NCBI GenBank assembly: GCA_026770705.1
Contig: JANJGN010000011.1
Span: forward strand, 13,826,001-13,890,000
Reading direction: 5' to 3'
DNA from: Isurus oxyrinchus
Taxonomy: Eukaryota
DNA: 64,000 nt
Shown here: one piece after another, positions 1-14,627 of the stretch
How positions within the stretch are numbered: the first letter of the stretch is position 1
Layout of the letters: each line of letters begins with the position of its first letter
Program-made: the position numbers and the translations under genes
Notes under the pieces: generated by a model
The model's database searches: none
What the model was told of the DNA's origin: nothing
What the model saw: only the letters and a program-made list of their open reading frames with translations

Positions 1-3000
1 TCAATCAACAGTGCAACAGTTGAAATGGGCACCATTCAAACAACTGTCCAACAGAGTTAAATGCGCACTATTTAATCAACTATACAAGGGTGTGAAATCG
101 ATACCATTGAAGCAAATGTACAACAGTGCAAAATAGGCACTAATCAATCAACTGTACAACCATGTGAAATGGGCACCATTCATTTAACTGTAGAAATGTG
201 TGAAATGGATACCATTCAATCACGTGTAGAGCAGAATGAAATGGGCACCATTCAATCAACTGTAGAACAGTGTGTAATGTGCAATATTTAATCATCTGTA
301 CAAGAAAGTGAAATGTGCACTAATTACTCAACTGTTCAACAGTGTGAAATGGACATCATTCTTTCAATTGTACAACAGTGTGTAATGTGCAGTATTTCAT
401 CAACTGTACAAGAATGTGGAATGTGCACTAATTAATGAACTGTAAAACAGTGTTAAATAGATACCATTCAATGAACTGTACGACAGATTGATAATCGGCA
501 CTATTCAATGAACTGTTCAACAGTTTGAATGGGACACCATTCAAACAACTGTACAACACTGTGAAGTAGAAACCATTAAATCAACTGTGCCACTCGGTAA
601 AACAGGCACTAATGAATCAAATGTTCAATGTTTTGAAATGGACACCATTCAATAAGCTGGACAAAAGTGTGAAATAGATACCATTCAATCAACTGTACCA
701 CAGTATGAAACGGGCACCATTCAAACAACTGAAAAACAGTGTGAAATGGGCACTATTCAATCAATTGTGCAACAGTGTGAATTGGGAGCCATTCAAACAA
801 CTGTCCAACAGTGTGAACTGGGCACTATTTAACCAACTGCACAAGCGTGTGAAATCAATACCATTCAATCAAATGTTCAACAGTGTGAAACGAGCACTAA
901 TCAATCTACTGTACAACAATGTGAAACATTCACCATTTAATTAACTGTACAACTTTGTGAAATGGGCACCATTCAATCAATTGTACGACTGTGTGAAATG
1001 GGCACCATTCAATCAACTGTACATCAGGGTGAAATAGGTACCATTGAATGAAATGTAGAACACTGGGAAATATGTACTAATTACTCAACAGTTCAACAGT
1101 GGGAAATGGACACCATTCAATCAACTGTACAACAGTGTGAAGTGTGCAGTATTTAATCAACTGTATAAGATTGTGAAATATATATCATTCAATCAACTGT
1201 ATAATAATGTGAAATCTGCACTATTTAATTAACAGTAAAAATTTATGAAATGGGCACCATTAAATCAACTGTACAACAGTGTCATATGGGCACCATTTAA
1301 TCAACTGGACAATAATGTGAAACGTGAACCATCTAATCAACTGTATAACCGTGTGAAATGGGCACCATTCAATCAACTGAACAACAGTGCGAAATGGGCA
1401 CTATTCAATCAACAGTGCAACAGTTGAAATCGTCAACATTTAAACAACTGTCCAACAGAGTTAAATGCGCACTATTTAATCAACTATACAAGGGTGTGAA
1501 ATTGATACCATTGAAGCAAATGTACAACAGTGTGAAATAGGCACTAATCAATCAACTGTACAACCATGTGAAATGGGCACCATTCATTTAACTGTAGAAA
1601 TGTGAGAAATGGGCACCATTCAATCACGTGTAGAGCAGGGTGAAATGGGCATTATTTACTCAACTATTCAACAGTGTTCAATAGATACCATTCAATCAAC
1701 TGTTCAACAGTGTGAAATTGCCATATTGAGTCAACTACTACAATGTGAAATGGGCACTATTCAATCAACTGTACATCAGTGTCAAATGGGAACCATTTAA
1801 TCAGCTGGACAATAATGTGAAATGTGCACCATTCAATCAACGGTACAACTGTGTGAAAGGGACACCATTTAATCAACTGTTCAACAGTGTGAAATGGACA
1901 CCATTCAATCAGTTGTACAATATTGTGCAATTGCTACCATGCAATCAACTGTTCAACAGTGTGAAATAGACACCATTAAATCAGCTGTAAAACAGTTTAA
2001 ATAGATACTATTTAATCACCTGTAAACCAGTGAGAAATAGGCACCATTCAAGCAACTGTATCACAATGTGAAATGGGCACAAATTAATCAACTGTACAAC
2101 AATGTGCAATGTGCACGATTTAATTAACTGTACAAATTTGTGAAATGGGCACCATTCAATCAACTGTACAACAGTGTCAAGTGGGCAAGATTCAATCAAC
2201 TGTACAAAAGTGAGTAATGGGAACCATTTAATCAACTGTAAAATTGTGATTAGAGGGTACCTATCAATCAAGTGTAGAGTAGTGCGAAATGGGCACCATT
2301 CAATCAACCGTAGAACAGAGGGCAATGTGCACTAATTACTCAACTGTTCAACAGTGTGAAATGGACACCATTCTTTCAATTGTACAACAGTGTGTAATGT
2401 GCAGTATTTCATCAACTGTACAAGAATGTGAAATGTGCACTAATTAATGAACTGTAAAACAGTGTTAAATAGATTCCATTCAATGAACTGTACGACAGAT
2501 TGATAATCGGCACTATTCAATGAACAGTTCAACAGTATGAAAGGGACACCATTCAAACAACTGTACAACACTGTAAAATAGAAACCATTAAATCAACTGT
2601 GCAACTCGGTAAAATAGCACTTTTGAATCAAATGTTCAATGTTTTGAAATGGACACCATTCAATAAGCTGGACAAAAGTGTGAAATAGATACCATTCAAT
2701 CAATTGTACCACAGTATGAAATGGGCACCATTCAATCAACTGAAAAACACTGTGAAATATGCACTATTCAATCAACTGTGCAACAGTGTGAATTGGGAGC
2801 CATTCAAACAACTGTCCAACAGTGTGAAATGGGCAATTTTTAATCAACTGCACTAAAGTGTGAAATCAATAACATTCAATCAAATGTACAACAGTGTGAA
2901 ATAAGCACTAATCAATCTACTGTACAACAATGTGAAACATGCACCATTTAATTAATTGTACAACTTTGTGAAATGGGCACCTTTCAATCAATTGTACGAC

Positions 3001-6000
3001 TGTGTGAAATGGGCACCATTCAATCAACTGTACAGCAATGTGAAATAGTTACCATTCAATAATATGTAGAAATATGTACTGATTACTCAGCAGTTCAACA
3101 GTATGAAATGGACACCATTCAATCAGGAGTGTGAAGTGTGCAGTATTTAATCAACTATACAAGATTGTGAAATAGATATCATACAATCATCTGTATAACA
3201 ACGTGAAATCTGCACTATTTAATTAACAGTAAAAATTTGTGAAACAGTGTGAAATGGGCACTGTTTCATCAACTGTGCAACAGAGAGAAATAGATACCAT
3301 TAAATCAACTGTACAAGTGTCTAAAGCAGGCACTAATCAATCAACTGTTCAACAGTGTGAAATGTAAACTATTCAATCAGCTGTCCAAAGTATGAAATAG
3401 CTACCATTCAATCAACTGTCCAACATCGTAAAATGGGCACCATTCAATTCACTGAACAATGGTGTGAAATTGGCACTATACAATCAACTGTTCAACAGTA
3501 TGAAATGGACACCATTCAATCAGATGCAAAACCGTTTTAAATAGATACCATTTAATCACCAGTGAGAAATAGGCACCATTCAAGCAACAGTACAACTGTG
3601 TCAAGTGGGCAAGATTCAATCAACTGTACAAAGTTGTGTAATGGGAACCATTCAATCAACGGTAAAATTGTGATTAGAGGGCAGCTTTCAATCAAGTGTA
3701 GAGCAGTTTGAAATGGGCACAATTCAATCAACTGTAGAACAGAGGGAAATGTGCACTAATTACTCAACTGTTCAACAGTGTGAAATGGACACCATTCAAT
3801 CAATTGTACAACAGTGTGAAATGTGCACTAATTAATAAACTGCAAAACAGTGTTAAATAGATACCATTCAATGAACGGTACGACAGATTGATGATTGGCA
3901 CTATTCAAGGAACTGTTCAACACTTTGAAAGGGACACCATTCAACCAACTGTACAACACTGTGAAATAGAAACCATTAAATCAACTGTGCAACTCGGTAA
4001 AACAGGCACAAATCAATCAAATGTTCAATGTAGTGAAATGGATACCATTCAATAAGCTGGACAAAAGTGTGAAATAGATACCATTCAATCAACTGTACCA
4101 AAGTATGAACTGGGCACTATTCAATCAACTGTGCAACAGTGTGAATTGGGAGCCATTCAAACAACTGTCCAACATTGTGAAATGGGCACTATTTAATCAA
4201 CTGCACAAGAGTGTGAAATCAATACCATTCAATCAAATGTACAACAGTGTGAAATAAGCACTAATCAATCTACTGTACAACAATGTGAAACATGCACCAT
4301 GGAATTAACTGTACAACTTTGTGAAATGGGCACCATTCAATCAATTGTACGACAGTGTGAAATGGGCACTATTCAATCAACTGTACAACTGTGTGAAGTG
4401 TGCAGTATTTAATCAACTTTACAACAGTGAGAAGTGTGCAGTATTTAATCAACTGTACAAGATTGTGAAATAGATATCATTCAATCAACTGTATAACAAT
4501 GTGAAATCTGCACTATTTAATTAACAGTCAAAAATTATGAAATGGGCACCATTAAATCAACTGTACAACACCGTGAAATGGGCACCATTCAATCAACTGT
4601 ACAACTGTGTGAAATGAGCATCATTTAACCATCTGTACCAATTTGAGAAAGGGGCACCATTGAATCAAGTGAACAGCAGAGTGAAACGGGAAACATTCAA
4701 TCAACTGTAGAACAGCGGGAAATGTGCACTAAATACTCAACTGTTCAACGGTGTGAAAGAGATACCATTCAATCAAACATACAATGGTGTGAAATGTGCA
4801 TTATTTAACTAACTGTAAAACAGGGTGAAATAGTTACCATTCAATCAAAAGTACGACAGTGTGAAATGGGCACCATTCAAAATACTGTCTAACAGTGTGA
4901 AATGGGCACCATTTGGTCAACTGTACATGAGTGTGAAATAGATACCATTCAATCAACTGTACAACAGTGTGAAATGGGCATTAAATCAATCAACTGTACA
5001 ACAGTGTGAAATGGGCATTAATCAATCAACTGTACAACATTGTGAAATGTGCACTATTTAATTAACTGTACAAATTTGTGAAATGGGCACCTTTTGAATC
5101 AAAATAGATACCATTAAAACATCTATACAACTGTCTAAAACAGGCACTAGTGAATCAACTGTTGAACAGTGTGAAATGGACATCATTAAGCCAGCTGTAC
5201 AACAGTGTGAAATAAATACCATTCAATAAATTGTACGACAATATGAAAAGGGCACCATTCAATCAAATGTACAACAGTGTGAAATGGGCACTGTTCATTC
5301 AAATGTACAAAAGTGTGAGATGGGCACCAATCAAAAAACAGTACAACAGAGTGAAATGGGCACTCTTTAATCAACTGTACAAAAGTGTGAAATAGATACC
5401 ATTCAATCAACTGTACAACAGTGTGAAACATGCACTAATCAATCAACTGTACAACTTTGTGAAATGGGCACCATTCAATCAAATGTACAGCATTGAAATG
5501 GGTACTATTCAATCAAATTTAGAAAACTGGGAAATATACAATAATTACTCAAAAGATCAACAGTGTGAAATGGACACCATTCAATCAATTGCACAACAAT
5601 GTCAAGTGTGCACTATATAATCATCTGTACAAGATTGTGAAATAGATGCCATTCAATCAACTGTAATAAAGTGTGAAATGGGCACCATTCAATCAATTGT
5701 ACAACAGTGTGAAATGGGCACTAATAAATCAACTGTACAACAGTGAGAAATAGATGTCATTAAATCAACCGTATAACTGTCTAAAACAGGCATTAATCAA
5801 ACAACTGTTCAACTGTGTGAAATGTAGACTATTCAATCAGCTGTCCAACAGTGTGAAATAGGTACCATTCAATTCACTGAACAATAGTGTGAAATTGGCA
5901 CTATACAATCAACTGTTGAACAGTATGAAATGGACACCATTCAATCAGCTGTAAAACAGTTTGAAATAGATACCATTTAATCACCTGTACACTAGTGAGA

Positions 6001-6674
6001 AATAGGCACCATTCAAGCAACTGTATCACAATGTGAAATGGGCAAAAATTAATCAACTGTACAACAATGTGCAATGTGCATGATTTAATTAACTGTACAA
6101 ATTTGTGAAATGGGCGCCATTCAATCAACTGTACAACAGTGTCAAGTGGGCAAGATTCAATCAACTGTACAAAAGTGTGTAATGGGAACCATTCAATCAA
6201 CTGTAAAATTGTGATTAGAGAGCACCTTTCAATCAAGTGTTGAGTGGTGTGAAATGGGCACCATTCAATCAACTGTAGAACAGAGGGCAATGTGCACTAA
6301 TTACTCAACTGTTCAACAGTGCGAAATGGACACCATTCAATCAATGGTACAACAGTGTGAGATGCGCAATATTTAATCAACTGTACAAGAATGTGAAATG
6401 TGCACTAATTAATGAACTGTAAAACAGTGTTAAATAGATTCCATTCAATGAACTGTATGACAGATTGATAATTGGCACTATTCAATGAACTGTTCAACAG
6501 TTTGAATGGGACATAGGCACTAATGAATCAAATGTTTAATGTTTTGAAATGGACACCATTCAATAAGCTGGACAAAAGTGTGAAATAGATACCATTCAAT
6601 CAACTGTACCACAGTATGAAATGGGCATTATTCAATCAACTGTGCAACAATGTGAATTGGGAGCCATTCAAACA

Positions 6675-6803
6675 TAAAAACAAAAAACTGTGGATGCTGG
6701 AAATCAAAAACAAAAACAGAATTACCTGGAAAAACTAAGCAGGTCTGGCAGCATCGGCGGAGAAGAAAAGAGTTGACGTTTCGAGTCCACATGACCCTTC
6801 AAC
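6675..6803 (-). mobile_element. PLE 3'-end fragment inserted in the satellite (copy 1)
   Basis: Non-satellite sequence nearly identical to the PLE ends at 50375-50471 and 60270-60403. Flanked by direct repeat AGCCATTCAAACA (6662-6674, 6804-6816), partly microhomology. Empty-site monomers at about 787, 2797 and 4151. Confidence 0.9.
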
Positions 6804-9399
6804 AGCCATTCAAACAACTGCCCAACAGTGTGAAATGGGCACTTTTTAATCAACTGCACAAGAGTGTGAAATGAATACCATTCAATCAAATATACTACAG
6901 CGTGAAATGACCACTAATCAATCTACTGTACAACAATGTGAAACATGCACCATTTAATTAACTGTACAAAATTGTGAAATGGGCACCATTCAATCAATTG
7001 TATGACTGTGTGAAATGTGCACCATTCAATCAACTGTAGAACAGTGTGAAATAGGTAACATTCAATGAAATGTAGAACACTGGGAAATATGTACTAATTA
7101 CTCAACAATTCAACAGTGCGAAATTGACAAAATTCATTCAACTGTACAACAGTGTGAAGTGTGCAGTGTTTAATCAACTGTATAAGATTGTGAAATAGAT
7201 ATCATTCAATCAACTGTATAACAATGTGAAATCTGCACTATTTAATTAACAGTCAAAAATTATGAAATGGGCACCATTAAATCAACTGTACAACACCGTG
7301 AAATGGGCACCATTCAATCAACTGTACAACTGTGTGAAATGAGCATCATTTAACCATCTGTACCAATTTGAGAAAGGGGCACCATTGAATCAAGTGAACA
7401 GCAGAGTGAAACGGGAAACATTCAATCAACTGTAGAACAGCGGGAAATGTGCACTAAATACTCAACTGTTCAACGGTGTGAAAGAGATACCATTCAATCA
7501 AACATACAATGGTGTGAAATGTGCATTATTTAACTAACTGTAAAACAGGGTGAAATAGTTACCATTCAATCAAAAGTACGACAGTGTGAAATGGGCACCA
7601 TTCAAAATACTGTCTAACAGTGTGAAATGGGCACCATTTGGTCAACTGTACATGAGTGTGAAATAGATACCATTCAATCAACTGTACAACAGTGTGAAAT
7701 GGGCATTAAATCAATCAACTGTACAACAGTGTGAAATGGGCATTAATCAATCAACTGTACAACATTGTGAAATGTGCACTATTTAATTAACTGTACAAAT
7801 TTGTGAAATGGGCACCTTTTGAATCAAAATAGATACCATTAAAACATCTATACAACTGTCTAAAACAGGCACTAGTGAATCAACTGTTGAACAGTGTGAA
7901 ATGGACATCATTAAGCCAGCTGTACAACAGTGTGAAATAAATACCATTCAATAAATTGTACGACAATATGAAAAGGGCACCATTCAATCAAATGTACAAC
8001 AGTGTGAAATGGGCACTGTTCATTCAAATGTACAAAAGTGTGAGATGGGCACCAATCAAAAAACAGTACAACAGAGTGAAATGGGCACTCTTTAATCAAC
8101 TGTACAAAAGTGTGAAATAGATACCATTCAATCAACTGTACAACAGTGTGAAACATGCACTAATCAATCAACTGTACAACTTTGTGAAATGGGCACCATT
8201 CAATCAAATGTACAGCATTGAAATGGGTACTATTCAATCAAATTTAGAAAACTGGGAAATATACAATAATTACTCAAAAGATCAACAGTGTGAAATGGAC
8301 ACCATTCAATCAATTGCACAACAATGTCAAGTGTGCACTATATAATCATCTGTACAAGATTGTGAAATAGATGCCATTCAATCAACTGTAATAAAGTGTG
8401 AAATGGGCACCATTCAATCAATTGTACAACAGCGTGAAATGGGCACTAATAAATCAACTGTACAACAGTGAGAAATAGATGTCATTAAATCAACCGTATA
8501 ACTGTCTAAAACAGGCATTAATCAAACAACTGTTCAACTGTGTGAAATGTAGACTATTCAATCAGCTGTCCAACAGTGTGAAATAGGTACCATTCAATTC
8601 ACTGAACAATAGTGTGAAATTGGCACTATACAATCAACTGTTGAACAGTATGAAATGGACACCATTCAATCAGCTGTAAAACAGTTTGAAATAGATACCA
8701 TTTAATCACCTGTACACTAGTGAGAAATAGGCACCATTCAAGCAACTGTATCACAATGTGAAATGGGCAAAAATTAATCAACTGTACAACAATGTGCAAT
8801 GTGCATGATTTAATTAACTGTACAAATTTGTGAAATGGGTGCCATTCAATCAACTGTACAACAGTGTCAAGTGGGCAAGATTCAATCAACTGTACAAAAG
8901 TGTGTAATGGGAACCATTCAATCAACTGTAAAATTGTGATTAGAGAGCACCTTTCAATCAAGTGTTGAGTGGTGTGAAATGGGCACCATTCAATCAACTG
9001 TAGAACAGAGGGCAATGTGCACTAATTACTCAACTGTTCAACAGTGCGAAATGGACACCATTCAATCAATGGTACAACAGTGTGAGATGCGCAATATTTA
9101 ATCAACTGTACAAGAATGTGAAATGTGCACTAATTAATGAACTGTAAAACAGTGTTAAATAGATTCCATTCAATGAACTGTATGACAGATTGATAATTGG
9201 CACTATTCAATGAACTGTTCAACAGTTTGAATGGGACATAGGCACTAATGAATCAAATGTTTAATGTTTTGAAATGGACACCATTCAATAAGCTGGACAA
9301 AAGTGTGAAATAGATACCATTCAATCAACTGTACCACAGTATGAAATGGGCATTATTCAATCAACTGTGCAACAATGTGAATTGGGAGCCATTCAAACA

Positions 9400-9528
9400 T
9401 AAAAACAAAAAACTGTGGATGCTGGAAATCAAAAACAAAAACAGAATTACCTGGAAAAACTAAGCAGGTCTGGCAGCATCGGCGGAGAAGAAAAGAGTTG
9501 ACGTTTCGAGTCCACATGACCCTTCAAC
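9400..9528 (-). mobile_element. PLE 3'-end fragment in the satellite (copy 2, amplified with the HOR)
   Basis: Same sequence and flanks as 6675-6803, offset 2725. Confidence 0.9.
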
Positions 9529-12124
9529 AGCCATTCAAACAACTGCCCAACAGTGTGAAATGGGCACTTTTTAATCAACTGCACAAGAGTGTGAAATGAA
9601 TACCATTCAATCAAATATACTACAGCGTGAAATGACCACTAATCAATCTACTGTACAACAATGTGAAACATGCACCATTTAATTAACTGTACAAAATTGT
9701 GAAATGGGCACCATTCAATCAATTGTATGACTGTGTGAAATGTGCACCATTCAATCAACTGTAGAACAGTGTGAAATAGGTAACATTCAATGAAATGTAG
9801 AACACTGGGAAATATGTACTAATTACTCAACAATTCAACAGTGCGAAATTGACAAAATTCATTCAACTGTACAACAGTGTGAAGTGTGCAGTATTTAATC
9901 AACTGTATAAGATTGTGAAATAGATATCATTCAATCAACTGTATAACAATGTGAAATCTGCACTATTTAATTAACAGTCAAAAATTATGAAATGGGCACC
10001 ATTAAATCAACTGTACAACACCGTGAAATGGGCACCATTCAATCAACTGTACAACTGTGTGAAATGAGCATCATTTAACCATCTGTACCAATTTGAGAAA
10101 GGGGCACCATTGAATCAAGTGAACAGCAGAGTGAAACGGGAAACATTCAATCAACTGTAGAACAGCGGGAAATGTGCACTAAATACTCAACTGTTCAACG
10201 GTGTGAAAGAGATACCATTCAATCAAACATACAATGGTGTGAAATGTGCATTATTTAACTAACTGTAAAACAGGGTGAAATAGTTACCATTCAATCAAAA
10301 GTACGACAGTGTGAAATGGGCACCATTCAAAATACTGTCTAACAGTGTGAAATGGGCACCATTTGGTCAACTGTACATGAGTGTGAAATAGATACCATTC
10401 AATCAACTGTACAACAGTGTGAAATGGGCATTAAATCAATCAACTGTACAACAGTGTGAAATGGGCATTAATCAATCAACTGTACAACATTGTGAAATGT
10501 GCACTATTTAATTAACTGTACAAATTTGTGAAATGGGCACCTTTTGAATCAAAATAGATACCATTAAAACATCTATACAACTGTCTAAAACAGGCACTAG
10601 TGAATCAACTGTTGAACAGTGTGAAATGGACATCATTAAGCCAGCTGTACAACAGTGTGAAATAAATACCATTCAATAAATTGTACGACAATATGAAAAG
10701 GGCACCATTCAATCAAATGTACAACAGTGTGAAATGGGCACTGTTCATTCAAATGTACAAAAGTGTGAGATGGGCACCAATCAAAAAACAGTACAACAGA
10801 GTGAAATGGGCACTCTTTAATCAACTGTACAAAAGTGTGAAATAGATACCATTCAATCAACTGTACAACAGTGTGAAACATGCACTAATCAATCAACTGT
10901 ACAACTTTGTGAAATGGGCACCATTCAATCAAATGTACAGCATTGAAATGGGTACTATTCAATCAAATTTAGAAAACTGGGAAATATACAATAATTACTC
11001 AAAAGATCAACAGTGTGAAATGGACACCATTCAATCAATTGCACAACAATGTCAAGTGTGCACTATATAATCATCTGTACAAGATTGTGAAATAGATGCC
11101 ATTCAATCAACTGTAATAAAGTGTGAAATGGGCACCATTCAATCAATTGTACAACAGCGTGAAATGGGCACTAATAAATCAACTGTACAACAGTGAGAAA
11201 TAGATGTCATTAAATCAACCGTATAACTGTCTAAAACAGGCATTAATCAAACAACTGTTCAACTGTGTGAAATGTAGACTATTCAATCAGCTGTCCAACA
11301 GTGTGAAATAGGTACCATTCAATTCACTGAATAATAGTGTGAAATTGGCACTATACAATCAACTGTTGAACAGTATGAAATGGACACCATTCAATCAGCT
11401 GTAAAACAGTTTGAAATAGATACCATTTAATCACCTGTACACTAGTGAGAAATAGGCACCATTCAAGCAACTGTATCACAATGTGAAATGGGCAAAAATT
11501 AATCAACTGTACAACAATGTGCAATGTGCATGATTTAATTAACTGTACAAATTTGTGAAATGGGTGCCATTCAATCAACTGTACAACAGTGTCAAGTGGG
11601 CAAGATTCAATCAACTGTACAAAAGTGTGTAATGGGAACCATTCAATCAACTGTAAAATTGTGATTAGAGAGCACCTTTCAATCAAGTGTTGAGTGGTGT
11701 GAAATGGGCACCATTCAATCAACTGTAGAACAGAGGGCAATGTGCACTAATTACTCAACTGTTCAACAGTGCGAAATGGACACCATTCAATCAATGGTAC
11801 AACAGTGTGAGATGCGCAATATTTAATCAACTGTACAAGAATGTGAAATGTGCACTAATTAATGAACTGTAAAACAGTGTTAAATAGATTCCATTCAATG
11901 AACTGTATGACAGATTGATAATTGGCACTATTCAATGAACTGTTCAACAGTTTGAATGGGACATAGGCACTAATGAATCAAATGTTTAATGTTTTGAAAT
12001 GGACACCATTCAATAAGCTGGACAAAAGTGTGAAATAGATACCATTCAATCAACTGTACCACAGTATGAAATGGGCATTATTCAATCAACTGTGCAACAA
12101 TGTGAATTGGGAGCCATTCAAACA

Positions 12125-12253
12125 TAAAAACAAAAAACTGTGGATGCTGGAAATCAAAAACAAAAACAGAATTACCTGGAAAAACTAAGCAGGTCTGGCA
12201 GCATCGGCGGAGAAGAAAAGAGTTGACGTTTCGAGTCCACATGACCCTTCAAC
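12125..12253 (-). mobile_element. PLE 3'-end fragment in the satellite (copy 3, amplified with the HOR)
   Basis: Same sequence and flanks as 6675-6803, offset 5450. Confidence 0.9.
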
Positions 12254-14627
12254 AGCCATTCAAACAACTGCCCAACAGTGTGAAATGGGCACTTTTTAAT
12301 CAACTGCACAAGAGTGTGAAATGAATACCATTCAATCAAATATACTACAGCGTGAAATGACCACTAATCAATCTACTGTACAACAATGTGAAACATGCAC
12401 CATTTAATTAACTGTACAAAATTGTGAAATGGGCACCATTCAATCAATTGTATGACTGTGTGAAATGTGCACCATTCAATCAACTGTAGAACAGTGTGAA
12501 ATAGGTAACATTCAATGAAATGTAGAACACTGGGAAATATGTACTAATTACTCAACAATTCAACAGTGCGAAATTGACAAAATTCATTCAACTGTACAAC
12601 AGTGTGAAGTGTGCAGTATTTAATCAACTGTATAAGATTGTGAAATAGATATCATTCAATCAACTGTATAACAATGTGAAATCTGCACTATTTAATTAAC
12701 AGTAAAAAAGAATGAAATGGGCACCATTAAATCAACTGTACAACAGTGTGAAATGGGCACCATTCAATCAACTGTACAACAGTGTGAAATGAGCATCATT
12801 TAATCATCTGTACAACTTTGAGAAAGGTGCCCCTTTCAATCATGTGAACAGCAGAGTGAAATGGGAAACATTCAATCAACTGTAGAACAGTGGGAATAGT
12901 GCACTAAATACTCAACTGTTCAACAGTGTGAAATGGACACCATTCAATCAAATGTACAACAGTGTGAAATGTGCATTATGTAATCAACTTTAAAACAGAA
13001 TGAAATAGTTACCATTCAATCAAGAGTATGACAGTGTGAAATGGGCACTATTTAATCAATTGTACAGCAAGGTGAAATGTGCACTAATCAATGAATTGTA
13101 AAACAGTGTTAAATAGATACCATTCAACGAACTGTACGACAGATTGATAATCGGCACTATTCAATGCACTGGTCAACAGCTTGAAAGGGACACCATTTAA
13201 TCAACTTTACAACACTGTGAAATAGAAACCATTAAATCAACTGTGCAACTCGGTAAAACAAGCACTAATAAATCAAATGTTCAATGTTGTGAAATGGACA
13301 CCATTCAATAAGCTGGACAAAGGTATGAAATAGATACCTTTCAATCAACTGTACCACAGTGTGAAATGAGCACTTTTCAATCAACTGCAACAGTGTGAAT
13401 TGGGTGCCATTTAAACAACTGTACAACAGTGTGAAATGTGCACTTTATAATCAACTGCACAGGAGTGTGAAATCAATACCATTAAATCAAATGTACTACA
13501 ATGTGAAATTAGCACTAATCAATCTACTGTACAGCAATGTGAAAAATGCACCATTTAATTAACTGTACAACTTTGTGAAATGGGCACCATTCAATCAATT
13601 GTACGACTGTGTGAAATGTGCACCATTCAATCAACTGTACAGCAGTGTGAAATAGGTACCAATCAATGAAATATAGAACACTGGGAAATATGTACTAATT
13701 ACTCAACAGTTCAACAGTGGGAAATGGACACCATTCAATCAACTGTACAACAGTATGAAGTGTGCAGTATTTAACCAACTGTACAAGATTGTGAAATAGA
13801 TATCATTCAATCAACTGTATAATAATGTGAAATCTGCACTATTTAATTAACATTAAAAATTTATGAAATGGGCACCATTAAATCAACTGTACAACAGTGT
13901 GAAATGGGCACCCTTCAATCAACTGTACAGCAGTGTGAAATGAGCATCATTTAACCATCTGTACAACTTTGAGAAAGTGGCACCTTTGAATCAAGTGAAC
14001 AGCAGATTGAAAAGGGAAACATTCAATCAACTGTAGAACAGTGGGAAATGTGCACTAAATACTCAACTGTTCAACAGTGTGAAATATACACCATTCAATC
14101 AAATGTACAACAGTGTGAAATATGCATTATTTAATCAACTGTAAAACAGTGTGAAATAGTTACCATTCAATCAAAAGTACGACAGAGTGAAATGTGCACC
14201 ATTCAAAATATTGTCTAACAGAGTGAAATGTGCATTATTTAGTCAACTGTACATGAGTGTGAAATAGATACCATTCAATCAACTGTACAACAGTGTGAAA
14301 TGGGCATTAATCAATCAACTGTACAACATTGTGTACTATTTAATTAACAGTACAAATTTGTGAAATTGGCACCATCTGAATCAAAATAGATAAATCAACT
14401 ATACAACTGTCTAAAACAGGCACTAGTGAATCAACTGTTCAACAGTGTAAAATGGACATCATTCAGTCAGCTGTACAACAGTGTGAAATAGTTACCATTC
14501 AATAAACTGTACAAGAATATGAAATGGGCACCATTGAACCAAATGTACAACAGGGTGAAATGGGCACTGTTCAATCAACTGTACAAAAGTGTGAAATGGG
14601 CACCAATCAAAAAACAGTACAACAGAA

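Larger units (their letters stand above)
4460..12703. repeat. Higher-order repeat, 3 near-identical copies of a 2725-bp unit
   Basis: Matching ORFs at 5186/7911/10636, 5423/8148/10873 and 5901/8626/11351 (offset 2725). Same non-satellite insert at 6675/9400/12125. Only a few SNPs seen between copies. Confidence 0.95.
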
